NCBI GenBank assembly: GCA_048571215.1
Contig: CP182352.1
Coordinates: forward strand, 192,001-256,000
Direction of reading: 5' to 3'
DNA from: Halarcobacter sp.
GTDB lineage: Bacteria > Campylobacterota > Campylobacteria > Campylobacterales > Arcobacteraceae
DNA: 64,000 nucleotides
Positions within the stretch are counted from its first letter, which is position 1. The number at the start of each line of letters is the position of its first letter. Of the stretch, positions 36,465-46,869 are shown piece by piece. Under the pieces are notes generated by a model. The model searched no databases. It was not told the DNA's origin and saw nothing but the letters and a program-made list of their open reading frames with translations. The translations under genes were made by a program, and so were the position numbers.

Positions 36465-37892
36465 ATGGGTAAATTTGTTAACAATACTGAAGAGTTTTTC
36501 AAATATTGCGAAGAAAATGAAGTAAAATTTGTAGATCTTAGATTTTCGGATATGAAAGGTATGTGGCACCACTTAACATATATGCTAAGTGCAGTAAATG
36601 AAGACAACTTAACTAATGGTATGCCATTTGATGGTTCTTCTGTTGATGCATGGCAACCAATTAATAAATCTGACATGCTTTTAAAGCCAGATGTAGAAAC
36701 TGCATTTTTGGATCCATTTACAGCTGATTCAACTATTATTTTATTTTGTGATGTATATGATATTTATAAGGGTGAAATGTATGAAAAATGTCCAAGATCA
36801 ATTGCTAAAAAAGCATTAAAGCATTTAGATGATTCTGGACTTGGTGATGTTGCTTACTTCGGACCTGAAAATGAGTTTTTTATTTTTGATGATGTAAAAA
36901 TTGTTGATGATATTAATGAATCTTACTATAGAGTTGATTCAGAAGAGGGTTGTTGGTCAGATGCAAGTGATTATGAAGGTGGAAATATGGGTCACAGACC
37001 TAGAACTAAAGGTGGTTACTTCCCAGTACAACCAACAGATTCTATGGTAGACTTAAGAGCAGAAATGATGCAAGTATTAGAGCAAGTAGGTCTTGAAGTT
37101 ACTTTAGGACACCACGAAGTTGCTCAAGCACAAGGTGAGATTGGTGTTGTATTTGGAACATTAGTTGAAGCTGCTGATAATGTACAAAAATATAAATATG
37201 TTTGTAAAATGGTTGCACACTTAAATGGTAAATCTTGTACATTTATGCCAAAACCACTATTTGGTGATAATGGTAATGGTATGCATACTCACCAATCAAT
37301 TTGGAAAGATGGTAAAAACTTATTCTACAAAGAGGGTGAGTATGGAAATCTAAGTGATATTGCTAGATATTATGTAGGTGGTATTTTTAAACACGCTAGA
37401 GCAGTTGCAGCGTTTACAAATGCATCAACTAACTCTTATAAAAGATTAATCCCAGGATTTGAAGCTCCTTCAATTTTAACTTATTCTTCTCAAAATAGAT
37501 CTGCTTCTTGTAGAGTACCTTATGGTGCTGGTGAAAAAGCAACTAGAATTGAGATGAGATTCCCAGATTCAACAGCTTGTCCATATTTAGCATTTGCTGC
37601 AATGTTAATGGCTGGTCTTGATGGTATTAAAAATAAATATGAGCCTGTTGGACCAATGGATGAAGATTTATTTGAATTACCATTAGATGAAATTAGAGAG
37701 AGAAAAATTCCTCAAATGCCTCATACATTAAGAGGTTCTTTAGAAGCATTAATTAGAGATAATGATTTCTTACAACCTGTATTTACTAAAGAGATGGTAG
37801 ATACATACCAACACTATAAATTTGAAACTCAAGTTTGGCCTGATGAAGCTAGACCAACTGCATTTGAGTTTAAATCAACTTATTCTTGTTAA
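36465..37892 (+). CDS. glnA: Glutamine synthetase type I
   Basis: FDGSS, HHEVA, FMPKP..DNGNGMH and NSYKRL.PGFEAP motifs; AAGGAG SD 8 nt before ATG 36465. Confidence 0.97.
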   Translation: MGKFVNNTEEFFKYCEENEVKFVDLRFSDMKGMWHHLTYMLSAVNEDNLTNGMPFDGSSVDAWQPINKSDMLLKPDVETAFLDPFTADSTIILFCDVYDIYKGEMYEKCPRSIAKKALKHLDDSGLGDVAYFGPENEFFIFDDVKIVDDINESYYRVDSEEGCWSDASDYEGGNMGHRPRTKGGYFPVQPTDSMVDLRAEMMQVLEQVGLEVTLGHHEVAQAQGEIGVVFGTLVEAADNVQKYKYVCKMVAHLNGKSCTFMPKPLFGDNGNGMHTHQSIWKDGKNLFYKEGEYGNLSDIARYYVGGIFKHARAVAAFTNASTNSYKRLIPGFEAPSILTYSSQNRSASCRVPYGAGEKATRIEMRFPDSTACPYLAFAAMLMAGLDGIKNKYEPVGPMDEDLFELPLDEIRERKIPQMPHTLRGSLEALIRDNDFLQPVFTKEMVDTYQHYKFETQVWPDEARPTAFEFKSTYSC

Positions 37893-37914
37893 TATAAATT
37901 ATTATATAGAAAAT

Positions 37915-37948
37915 AAAAAGGCTAGTTCATATGAACTAGCCTTTTTTT
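37915..37948. terminator. Bidirectional intrinsic terminator between glnA and the PBP1A gene
   Basis: Perfect palindrome AAAAAGGCTAGTTCAT/ATGAACTAGCCTTTTT between convergent genes. Confidence 0.9.
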
Positions 37949-37969
37949 ATGTGGTTTTAAAATCATAGT

Positions 37970-39973
37970 TTAAAACTGTATTGAGTTCCCATTTGTATTT
38001 GAAATAGATTTAGTTTGAATCTCAGGTAGTGGTGACTTATCTGTATAATACTCTTTTTTCCCACCACTATTTGAAACCTTTACCCCATCAGGTTTTATAA
38101 ATTCCCTTTGAATTTCTGGATGTATTTCTAAATATTTACTATAAAAATGTGAAAAAGCAGGTGCTGCTGTAGTTCCTCCACCTTCTGAACTTCTCATTGG
38201 AAGGTTATTATCCTTACCAAACCATACAATAGTTTGAATTGTAGGTGAAAAACCACAGAACCACGCATCAACATTACTGTTTGTTGTTCCTGTTTTCCCA
38301 GCTAATTCAATCCCTTTTACCCGTGCCCGTCTTCCTGTTCCTTTTGTAACAACATCCATTAGTATAGATTTTGTTAAAAATACTTGTTCAGGAGATGTTA
38401 TATATTTTGTTTGTGGCTCATAACTAATAGTCTCATTTTTACTAGTTGTAATGCTATTTATAATATATGGAGTAACTTCAGTACCGTCATTTGAAAACAA
38501 AGAATAAGCTTTACTAAAATCAAGTGGTGAGATGGAAAAAGAGCCTAAAGTGATTGATAAATCCCTTGGGATATCTTCTATACCATAATATTTAAGTGAG
38601 TTATATATCTCCCCTAAACCTACCTCTGTAACAAGATTAATCGTAGCAAGATTTCTAGATTTTGTTAAAGCTTCTCTTAGGGTCATTATCCCTTTAAACT
38701 TTCCACCATAATTCTTAGGTTGCCATTTTTTTTCTTCTTCACCAATAGTATACTCATAAGTTCTTCCTATATCAACAACTTGTGAAGCTGGTGAATATCC
38801 AAGCTCAATAGCAGAGTGGTAGATAAATGGTTTAACAGCAGAACCTGGTTGCCTTTTACTTTGAACTGCTCTATTAAAAGAGGATTCTTTATAATCAATT
38901 CCACCAACTAAAGCTAAGATTTTTCCTGTATTATTTTCAATTGAAACCATTGCCCCATTTAATGTATCAACAAAATATCCCTCTTCTACAGGGATCTCTT
39001 CACCATCTTTTTTAATTACATTATTTAATGAGTTTTTTTGTAAACGTTTATCCCTATCAATAATTTTTTTATAGGCAAATTTTAAAGACTCTTTAGCGAT
39101 ATCTTGAGCATCCAAATCTATAGTTAGATCTATTTTATATCCACCAGATTTTATATCTTTTAGATCATCTTTTAAAAGTTTTTGAACATAATCAATAACA
39201 TATGGTGCTTTATTTTGTGTTAGGGTTTGATCAAAAACTTCAGGGATATAGTTTACTGCTTCTTCATATTCATTATTATTAATCCACCCTAAAGTGTTCA
39301 TTCTTTTTACTACTTGATTAGCTCTTGTTAGGGCATATTTTAAATTTCTAGTTGGGTCATAAAAACTAGGAGCTTTTGGAAGACCAACTAAAATAGCAAT
39401 CTCTTTTATATTTAGTTCATATAAGTTTTTTTTAAAATATCCTTGTGCTGCAGTTCTTATTCCATAATATCCATGACCAAAATATACTTGATTTAGATAT
39501 CTTTCTAAAATCTCCTCTTTTGTAAGAATAGTTTCTAATCTAATAGATAAAAGAGCTTCTTTGATTTTTCTAATAAGTTTTTTCTCTCTTGTTAGAACTA
39601 AGGTTTTTACTAATTGTTGAGTTAAGGTACTAGCCCCTTCAACTAATTTCATTGCTTTAATATCTTTTATTATTGCTCTACTAATTGCATCTGGATTTAC
39701 CCCATTGTGTTCAAAAAACTGAGTATCTTCAATAGCAACTAAAGCTTCAACAACCCTTGCTGGAATATTTTCATAACTAACATATAATCTATTCTCTTTA
39801 TCAAAGATATTTGCAACTAGTTTTCCATTTCTATCAAAAAACTGAGTTGTTTGTGGGGGATTGTAGTTAACAATATTTTCTATATCAAATCTAATATCTG
39901 AATATAGTTTAAGTAGCCATGCAAATACTGCAATTGTAATTACTAATATAAAAGTAAATATATATTTAAGCAT
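37970..39973 (-). CDS. Class A penicillin-binding protein 1A
   Basis: EDTQFFEHNG and GASTLTQQL (transglycosylase); PGSAVK, SRN and KTGT (transpeptidase). Confidence 0.93.
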   Translation of the reverse strand: MLKYIFTFILVITIAVFAWLLKLYSDIRFDIENIVNYNPPQTTQFFDRNGKLVANIFDKENRLYVSYENIPARVVEALVAIEDTQFFEHNGVNPDAISRAIIKDIKAMKLVEGASTLTQQLVKTLVLTREKKLIRKIKEALLSIRLETILTKEEILERYLNQVYFGHGYYGIRTAAQGYFKKNLYELNIKEIAILVGLPKAPSFYDPTRNLKYALTRANQVVKRMNTLGWINNNEYEEAVNYIPEVFDQTLTQNKAPYVIDYVQKLLKDDLKDIKSGGYKIDLTIDLDAQDIAKESLKFAYKKIIDRDKRLQKNSLNNVIKKDGEEIPVEEGYFVDTLNGAMVSIENNTGKILALVGGIDYKESSFNRAVQSKRQPGSAVKPFIYHSAIELGYSPASQVVDIGRTYEYTIGEEEKKWQPKNYGGKFKGIMTLREALTKSRNLATINLVTEVGLGEIYNSLKYYGIEDIPRDLSITLGSFSISPLDFSKAYSLFSNDGTEVTPYIINSITTSKNETISYEPQTKYITSPEQVFLTKSILMDVVTKGTGRRARVKGIELAGKTGTTNSNVDAWFCGFSPTIQTIVWFGKDNNLPMRSSEGGGTTAAPAFSHFYSKYLEIHPEIQREFIKPDGVKVSNSGGKKEYYTDKSPLPEIQTKSISNTNGNSIQF

Positions 39974-39975
39974 AT

Positions 39976-40674
39976 TTATTTCCTGAATTTTTTATTTTCG
40001 AATGTTGATTCTATAAGTTTTTTTGTGTACTCATTTTTGGGATTTTCTAAGATAGTTTTAGTATCTCCTGCTTCTATAATTTTGCCACTTTTTATAATAA
40101 CTATATTTTTACAAATATTTTTTATTGAGTTAATATCATGGGTTACATATAAGAGTAGGAAGTTAAATCTACTAGAAAGTTCTTTAAGAAGATTTAAAAT
40201 TGTTATTTTTGATTCATCATCTAAAGCGGTAGTTGGTTCATCTAAAAGTAGCAGTTTTATTTGCTTAGATAAAGCTATTGCTATTACAACCCTTTGAAGT
40301 TGCCCTCCACTTAATTGGCTTGGGAATCTATTTAATATTGTTTCTTCTAAACCAACAAGTTTTAAGAGTTCAAGTTTTCTATTTTTTTCACAAAAAAACT
40401 GTTTTTCAACTTTTGTCATAGGAGATAGGGATGTAAATGGATTTTGTGGAATAAATCCAATATTTGAACTATCTAACTCAAAACTAGAATCTATATTGGA
40501 AACTAGTTTTAAGTTATTTGGTAATAGATTTAATAGGGATTTTAAAGTTAAAGATTTTCCACTACCACTTTGACCTATTAGTGCTGTAGAATCTTCTATT
40601 TTAAAACTTATATCAACTAAAACTTCCTCTTTTGAAGATACTTGAAGTTTTTTAATATCTACAGAAAAGTTCAT
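39976..40674 (-). CDS. ABC transporter ATP-binding protein, DppD/NikD-like
   Basis: GQSGSGKS, LSGGQLQR and LLLDEPT motifs. Confidence 0.85.
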   Translation of the reverse strand: MNFSVDIKKLQVSSKEEVLVDISFKIEDSTALIGQSGSGKSLTLKSLLNLLPNNLKLVSNIDSSFELDSSNIGFIPQNPFTSLSPMTKVEKQFFCEKNRKLELLKLVGLEETILNRFPSQLSGGQLQRVVIAIALSKQIKLLLLDEPTTALDDESKITILNLLKELSSRFNFLLLYVTHDINSIKNICKNIVIIKSGKIIEAGDTKTILENPKNEYTKKLIESTFENKKFRK

Positions 40675-42150
40675 CTAGAATAATGCCTCATCCATCTCTT
40701 CTGGTTTATCAAGTTCCATTAGTTTTAATATTGTTGGTGCAATATTATTTAAACTTCCCTCTTTTACTTCTTTAACTTTTGAAGAGAAAATAAAACAATA
40801 AACATCTCCCACTGTATGGTTTGTTAAGGTTTTGCCAGAATCATCTTTCATCATCTCACAGTTTCCATGGTCACTTGTTAAAACTAAATTATAATCTTTT
40901 TCTTTTGCTTTTTCAATTATAAGACCTAACTCTTTATCTACTGCCTCAACAGCTTTTATTCCAGCTTCAAAAACTCCAGTATGACCAACCATATCACCAT
41001 TAGCAAAATTTACTACGATAAAATCCATATCATTATCCATAGCACGTCTAACTTCAACACCAACTTCAGGTGCACTCATCTCAGGTTGCATATCATAGGT
41101 TGCCACTTGTGGAGAGGGGATTAAAACTCTACTTTCATTTAATACAGGTTCTTCAACCCCACCATTAAAGAAAAATGTTACATGGGCATATTTTTCAGTT
41201 TCTGCTGTATGAAGTTGAGATAATCCGGCATCTGATATCACATCAGCTAAGGTGTTTTTAGGAGTCTCTTTAGGAAATGCAACAGGTAAAGGTAGGTTTT
41301 TATCATATTGAGTCATTGTAACTATATTTAGATTTTCAGCAAATCTAGGAAAATTGCTAAACTCTTTATTTGCTATAGCATTTGAGATCTCTCTCATTCT
41401 ATCAGATCTAAAGTTACAAAAAATCACTGAATCATCTTTGCTAAATCCATTATAACCATTAAATGTAGTTGGAACTAAAAATTCATCAAAAATCTCATCT
41501 TTGTATGAGTCATCTATATAGCTTAAAATATCTTTTGATGATTTTGGTAAAGCTAAGGCAATAGCATCGTATCCCTTTTGAACTCTTTCCCATCTATTAT
41601 CTCTATCCATTGTATAATATCTTCCTGATATACTTGCAAGTTTAATATCTTCATCACAAATATCAAGAAATTGTTGAATATATTTTTTTGCACAATTTGG
41701 TGCAACATCTCTTCCATCTGTAATAGCATGAATATATACTTTTTTTCCTTTTGATTTTGCTATTTTTGCTAAGGCAATTATATGATTTATATGGGAATGA
41801 ACTCCACCATCACTTGCAAGACCTATTAGGTGTACATTATTTGATTTATCCATAGATGTTTTGATAATTTCATTATTTTTTAGGGTGTCATTTTCAATTG
41901 CCATATTTATTTTTACTAAATCCTGGTATAAAACTCTACCACTACCAATAGTCATATGTCCAACTTCACTATTTCCCATTTGTCCATCTGGAAGACCAAC
42001 ATACTTTCCATAGGTATGTATTAAAGAATATGGAGTGTTTTTAAAGAGGTAATCATATGTTGGAGTGTTTGCATTGGTAAATGCATTATAGGAATTTGAT
42101 TCGTTATGCCCTATACCATCTGTAATTATTAGTATTGCTTTTTTACTCAT
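40675..42150 (-). CDS. gpmI: 2,3-bisphosphoglycerate-independent phosphoglycerate mutase
   Basis: GQMGNSEVGH, AETEKYAHVTFF, DMVGHTG and SDHGN motifs. Confidence 0.96.
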   Translation of the reverse strand: MSKKAILIITDGIGHNESNSYNAFTNANTPTYDYLFKNTPYSLIHTYGKYVGLPDGQMGNSEVGHMTIGSGRVLYQDLVKINMAIENDTLKNNEIIKTSMDKSNNVHLIGLASDGGVHSHINHIIALAKIAKSKGKKVYIHAITDGRDVAPNCAKKYIQQFLDICDEDIKLASISGRYYTMDRDNRWERVQKGYDAIALALPKSSKDILSYIDDSYKDEIFDEFLVPTTFNGYNGFSKDDSVIFCNFRSDRMREISNAIANKEFSNFPRFAENLNIVTMTQYDKNLPLPVAFPKETPKNTLADVISDAGLSQLHTAETEKYAHVTFFFNGGVEEPVLNESRVLIPSPQVATYDMQPEMSAPEVGVEVRRAMDNDMDFIVVNFANGDMVGHTGVFEAGIKAVEAVDKELGLIIEKAKEKDYNLVLTSDHGNCEMMKDDSGKTLTNHTVGDVYCFIFSSKVKEVKEGSLNNIAPTILKLMELDKPEEMDEALF

Positions 42151-42202
42151 TACTTAAACCTTTTGAAAACTATATTATATTATAATCTACGCGGATTATA
42201 TC

Positions 42203-42323
42203 AAAACATAGGAATAAATTCGCTGAAAGCATCAGATTATGTTTCTTTGAAAACATAGGAATAAATTCGCTGAAGGCATCAAGTTATGTTTCTGTGAAAA
42301 CATAGGAATATGTTTGCTGAAAA
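42203..42323. repeat. Tandem repeat of 47-bp units, about 2.6 copies
   Basis: AAAACATAGGAATAAATTCGCTGAARGCATC...TTATGTTTCTKTG at 42203 and 42250; partial copy at 42297. Confidence 0.93.
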
Positions 42324-42473
42324 CTCATTTTGTATAAAATGATTATTTTTTTAACCTATTCTTAGGTTTCTTTAAAAACTTACTCCTATCTTCGCTAGAT
42401 ATGTAAGCTTTGCTAAAAGCAAAGATGGAGTTTATAAAACTCAGGAATTTTTCCTGGAATTGAAGGTTTAAGT

Positions 42474-43535
42474 TTGTTTTATTGGTTCTATAGACACCTT
42501 GATATTAATATTTTTCAATACATATCAGTTCGAGCAGGAATTGCTTTTTTCATCTCCTTTTTACTTACAATGTATTTGTTACCCAAATTTGTTAAGTGGG
42601 CTAAATCAAAAAATGCTTCGCAACCTATATATGAGTATGCACCTGAATCTCACCAAATAAAAGCTGGAACACCAACTATGGGTGGTGTTGTTTTTATTTT
42701 TTCAACTATTATTGCTACTGTTTTAACAGTCAAGCTAAATAACTTCTATGTTGTTAGTGCAATTTTGACTTTGGGATTGTTTTCATTAATAGGTATTAAA
42801 GATGATTATTCAAAAATAGCAAAAAAGGCTAACTCCGCTGGGCTTAGTTCAAGAGCTAAATTTATTTTACAAATCACCTGTGCTATTGCAATAGCTGTAG
42901 TATTAATAACTTACAATCATACTACAACTTTATATACCCCTTTTTATAAATACCCTTTATTTGATATGGGATATTTTGCTATAGCCTTTTGGGTTTTGGT
43001 TATGGTTGCAGCTTCAAATGCAGTTAACTTAACTGATGGTTTAGATGGTTTAGCTACAGTTCCATCTATTATGGCATTTGTTAGTTTATCAGTAATTGTG
43101 TATATAACAGGGCATGCGATTTTCTCTTCATATCTACTTTTACCAAATATAAGTACCATAGGTGAATTAACAATAGTAGGTACTGCAATGATTGGTGCAC
43201 TTATTGCTTTTCTTTGGTATAACTGTCATCCTGCACAAGTCTTTATGGGTGATAGTGGAAGTTTACCTATTGGGGCTTTTATGGGATATTTAGCAATAGT
43301 TACAAAATCTGAAATCTTATTAGTTTTGATTGGACTTATCTTTGTTATTGAAACTGTTTCTGTAATCTTACAAGTAGGTTCATATAAACTTAGAAAAAAA
43401 AGAGTATTTTTAATGGCACCAATCCATCATCATTTTGAGGAAAAGGGTTGGAAAGAGAATAAGATAATTGTTAGGTTCTGGATAATCTCTTTTATGGCAA
43501 ATTTAGTAGCTCTTTTAACCCTTAAAATCAGATAG
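42474..43535 (+). CDS. mraY: Phospho-MurNAc-pentapeptide transferase
   Basis: [28 protein letters not shown] and MAPIHHHFE motifs; TTG start. Confidence 0.96.
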   Translation: MFYWFYRHLDINIFQYISVRAGIAFFISFLLTMYLLPKFVKWAKSKNASQPIYEYAPESHQIKAGTPTMGGVVFIFSTIIATVLTVKLNNFYVVSAILTLGLFSLIGIKDDYSKIAKKANSAGLSSRAKFILQITCAIAIAVVLITYNHTTTLYTPFYKYPLFDMGYFAIAFWVLVMVAASNAVNLTDGLDGLATVPSIMAFVSLSVIVYITGHAIFSSYLLLPNISTIGELTIVGTAMIGALIAFLWYNCHPAQVFMGDSGSLPIGAFMGYLAIVTKSEILLVLIGLIFVIETVSVILQVGSYKLRKKRVFLMAPIHHHFEEKGWKENKIIVRFWIISFMANLVALLTLKIR

Positions 43536-43544
43536 GCTTATATA

Positions 43545-44705
43545 ATGATACGAGTATTAGGTAAGGGGATAACAGCACAAGCTATAAAGAAGAGTTTTGA
43601 TGAGGTTGTATTATATGATGATTCAGATTTTGATACATATGATAAAAACTCAGATGAGATAACAGTAGTAAGTCCTGGAATACCACCAAATAACAAGATG
43701 GTAAAGAGTGCAAAAAATATACAAAGTGACTATGACTTGGTTTCCAAAGATATGCCTTTTTCTATTTGGATAAGTGGAACAAATGGGAAAACAACTACTA
43801 CACAAATGATTCAACACCTACTTAAAGAGAAAGGTTCAGTTTGTGGTGGAAATATTGGAACACCTGTAAGCTTATTAGATAAAAAAGCATTTATATGGAT
43901 TTTAGAGACCTCTTCATTTACTTTTCATTATACAAAAAAAGCAAAACCAAATTTATATATTTTACTTCCTATAAGTGAAGATCATATATCTTGGCATGGA
44001 ACATTTGAAGAGTATAAAAAAGCAAAATTAAAACCACTTGAGATGATGGTTGAGGGTGAAGTGGTTATTATTCCTGAAGAGTTTAAAGCTTATGATACAA
44101 GTGCTATGAAAATAACATATAAAAATAGTGATGATTTATGTGAGTTCTTTAATATCGACAAAAGTAGAATAAATTTTAAAGAACCATTTTTGATGGATTC
44201 AATATTAGCCCTAGCATCAAAGAAGATATTATTTGATGAGCTTGATTATGAAAGTATAAATAGTTTTAAAATTGATGAACATAAAATAGAAGAGTTTTTT
44301 GATAGCAAAAAAAGAATGTGGATAAATGATAGTAAAGCTACAAATGTAGACGCAACTATAAATGCTCTTAATTCATATACTAATAAAAAGATATATTTAA
44401 TTTTAGGTGGGGATGACAAGGGTGCAAATTTAGAACCACTTTTTTTATATATTAAAAACCTTGAGATAGAAATATTTGCAATAGGCTCAAATCAAAATAG
44501 GATAAAAGAGTATTGTGAAAAATTTAATTTGAAAATTTCAACTTGTAATATTTTAAAAAATGCAGTTAATGAAATATCACTAAAACACGATACAAACAGC
44601 GTTGCAATCCTATCTCCAGCTGCTGCTTCATTAGATCAATTTTCCTCATATGCACAAAGAGGAAAACAATTTAAAGAATTTGTATTTGGTTTAAGCTTAT
44701 TTTAA
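43545..44705 (+). CDS. murD: UDP-MurNAc-L-Ala:D-Glu ligase
   Basis: SPGIP, GTNGKTTT, NDSKATN and LSPAAASLDQF motifs. Confidence 0.94.
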   Translation: MIRVLGKGITAQAIKKSFDEVVLYDDSDFDTYDKNSDEITVVSPGIPPNNKMVKSAKNIQSDYDLVSKDMPFSIWISGTNGKTTTTQMIQHLLKEKGSVCGGNIGTPVSLLDKKAFIWILETSSFTFHYTKKAKPNLYILLPISEDHISWHGTFEEYKKAKLKPLEMMVEGEVVIIPEEFKAYDTSAMKITYKNSDDLCEFFNIDKSRINFKEPFLMDSILALASKKILFDELDYESINSFKIDEHKIEEFFDSKKRMWINDSKATNVDATINALNSYTNKKIYLILGGDDKGANLEPLFLYIKNLEIEIFAIGSNQNRIKEYCEKFNLKISTCNILKNAVNEISLKHDTNSVAILSPAAASLDQFSSYAQRGKQFKEFVFGLSLF

Positions 44706-44741
44706 TTATGTCCTGTGTATAATTTCACTCCAATTTAAGAC

Positions 44742-44817
44742 GGCTCGGTAGCTCAGTCGGTAGAGCAAAGGACTGAAAATCCTTGTGTCGACGGTTCGAT
44801 TCCGCCCCGCGCCACCA
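44742..44817 (+). tRNA. tRNA-Phe(GAA)
   Basis: Cloverleaf with CTGAAAA anticodon loop and CCA end; two stem mismatches. Confidence 0.93.
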
Positions 44818-44832
44818 CTTAAATTATTGGAC

Positions 44833-44909
44833 GCTGGTGTAGCTCAGTTGGCTAGAGCAGCTGATTTGTAATCAGCAGGTCGGGGGTTCGACTCCCTTCA
44901 CCAGCTCCA
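44833..44909 (+). tRNA. tRNA-Thr(TGT)
   Basis: GCTGGTG/CACCAGC acceptor stem, TTTGTAA loop. Confidence 0.96.
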
Positions 44910-44976
44910 CTTTTATTAATGTCGTGCGTAATCTTTAAAAGATCAGCGCTTGACCAGAACAATAAAATTTTTCAAC

Positions 44977-45061
44977 GGTGAGGTTGGAGAGTGGTCAAAT
45001 CCAGGAGACTGTAAATCTCCCGCCTATGGCTTCGAAGGTTCAAATCCTTCTCTCACCACCA
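44977..45061 (+). tRNA. tRNA-Tyr(GTA)
   Basis: CTGTAAA loop, long variable arm, CCA end. Confidence 0.96.
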
Positions 45062-45071
45062 CTTAATGCGT

Positions 45072-45148
<77 letters not shown>

Positions 45149-45173
45149 TTTATTTATTGATTACTGGGAGCTG

Positions 45174-45208
45174 AGTTATAACGCAAATTTTTTATAACTC
45201 CTTTTTTT
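45174..45208 (+). terminator. Probable terminator or attenuator after the tRNA cluster
   Basis: GAGTTATAA...TTATAACTC stem followed by a T run. Confidence 0.55.
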
Positions 45209-45388
45209 ATACAAAATAACTCCCATTAAAGTTTTTTTTAGTATTTTTTAAGTAAAATACCAGTCCACAAAAAATTTACATTAGTTTTTTGTAGGAATTT
45301 AATAACAAATATCCCCTCTGAATAGAGAAGTTATCGGACTTATCTACTCAGAGGGCAATAACAACCAAAATTTTTTAAGGGGAATTTT

Positions 45389-46597
45389 ATGGCAAAAGCA
45401 AAATTCGAGCGAAATAAACCGCACGTAAATATCGGTACTATTGGTCACGTTGACCACGGTAAAACTACATTAACAGCAGCTATCACTATGTGTTTAGGTC
45501 TTAAAAATGGTCAAGCGACTATGGATTATGATCAAATTGATAATGCTCCAGAAGAGAGAGAAAGAGGAATTACTATTGCTACTTCTCATGTTGAGTATGA
45601 AACTGATACTAGACACTACGCACACGTAGATTGTCCAGGTCACGCCGATTATGTTAAAAACATGATTACTGGTGCTGCTCAAATGGATGGAGCTATCTTA
45701 GTTATTGCTTCAACAGATGGACCAATGGCTCAAACTAGAGAGCACATTCTATTATCTAAACAAGTAGGTGTTCCATACATCGTTGTTTTCTTAAATAAAG
45801 AAGATCAACTTGATGATGAAGATAAAGAAGAGATGTTAGAATTAGTTGAAATGGAAGTTAGAGAACTATTATCTGAGTATGATTTCCCAGGTGATGACAC
45901 TCCAATCGTTGCAGGTTCTGCATTCCAAGCATTAGAAGAAGCTAAATCAGGTACTGCTGGTGAATGGTCTGAAAAAATCTATAACCTAATGGCAGAAGTA
46001 GATGCTTATATTCCAACTCCAGAAAGAGATTCTGAACAAGATTTCTTAATGCCAGTTGAAGATGTATTTACTATCCAAGGTAGAGGTACTGTTGTTACTG
46101 GTAGAATTGAAAAAGGTACTATTAAACTAAACGAAGAGATTGAAATCGTTGGTTTCAAAGATACTGTTAAAACTACAGTAACTGGTATTGAAATGTTTAG
46201 AAAAGAGATGGACGAAGGTGTTGCTGGTGATAATGCTGGTATCCTTTTAAGAGGTATTAAAAAAGACGACGTTCAAAGAGGACAAGTTTTAGTTAAGCCA
46301 GGTTCAATTACTCCACATACTAATTTCAGATGTGAAGTGTATATCCTTTCTAAAGAGGAAGGTGGTAGACATACTCCATTCTTCTCAGGTTATAGACCAC
46401 AATTTTATGTAAGAACAACAGACGTAACAGGTTCTTGTACTTTACCAGAAGGTACAGAGATGGTTATGCCAGGTGATAACGTTGAAATGACAGTTGAATT
46501 AGTTGCTCCAATTGCTCTAGACAAAGGTACAAAGTTTGCTATTAGAGAAGGTGGTAGAACTGTAGGTGCTGGAGTTGTTGCTGAAGTAATTGCGTAA
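45389..46597 (+). CDS. tuf: Elongation factor Tu
   Basis: [17 protein letters not shown] and [10 protein letters not shown] motifs. Confidence 0.99.
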   Translation: MAKAKFERNKPHVNIGTIGHVDHGKTTLTAAITMCLGLKNGQATMDYDQIDNAPEERERGITIATSHVEYETDTRHYAHVDCPGHADYVKNMITGAAQMDGAILVIASTDGPMAQTREHILLSKQVGVPYIVVFLNKEDQLDDEDKEEMLELVEMEVRELLSEYDFPGDDTPIVAGSAFQALEEAKSGTAGEWSEKIYNLMAEVDAYIPTPERDSEQDFLMPVEDVFTIQGRGTVVTGRIEKGTIKLNEEIEIVGFKDTVKTTVTGIEMFRKEMDEGVAGDNAGILLRGIKKDDVQRGQVLVKPGSITPHTNFRCEVYILSKEEGGRHTPFFSGYRPQFYVRTTDVTGSCTLPEGTEMVMPGDNVEMTVELVAPIALDKGTKFAIREGGRTVGAGVVAEVIA

Positions 46598-46606
46598 GGA
46601 TAACTT

Positions 46607-46777
46607 ATGGGTAACGGAGTAAGTATAAAAATTGGACTAAAATGTGAAGAGTGTGGTGATATTAACTACACTACTTATAAAAACCCAAAAACTCACACTG
46701 AGAAAATGGGAATTAAAAAGTATAGTCCAAGATTGAAAAAACACACTTTACATAAAGAAGTTAAACTTAAGTCTTAG
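46607..46777 (+). CDS. rpmG: 50S ribosomal protein L33 (absent from the ORF track)
   Basis: Translated by hand: [56 protein letters not shown]; canonical position between tuf and tRNA-Trp. Confidence 0.95.
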   Translation: MGNGVSIKIGLKCEECGDINYTTYKNPKTHTEKMGIKKYSPRLKKHTLHKEVKLKS

Positions 46778-46869
46778 GACTTAAGTTTAATTCGTAGTTT
46801 GCTAAGTTTGTAAAAGTTATTAAGATTATCTTATTAACTTGAAACTTACTAATTTACAAACCAACTAAA

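Noticed and set aside
42210..42260. Hammerhead ribozyme on the minus strand (CTGATG...CGAA)
   Set aside because: Core reads CUGAUGC and GAAU rather than CUGANGA and GAAA, and the second unit loses it.
42239..42297. ATG-TTT-CTK-TGA (MFL*) minigene in each repeat unit
   Set aside because: No properly spaced SD; expected as a by-product of the duplication.
42203..42323. 47-bp repeats as a CRISPR array
   Set aside because: Units are contiguous with no unique spacers and there are no cas genes in the window.
44921..44954. Imperfect hairpin between tRNA-Thr and tRNA-Tyr as an sRNA or tRNA remnant
   Set aside because: Short, bulged and lacks tRNA motifs; typical of spacer structure.
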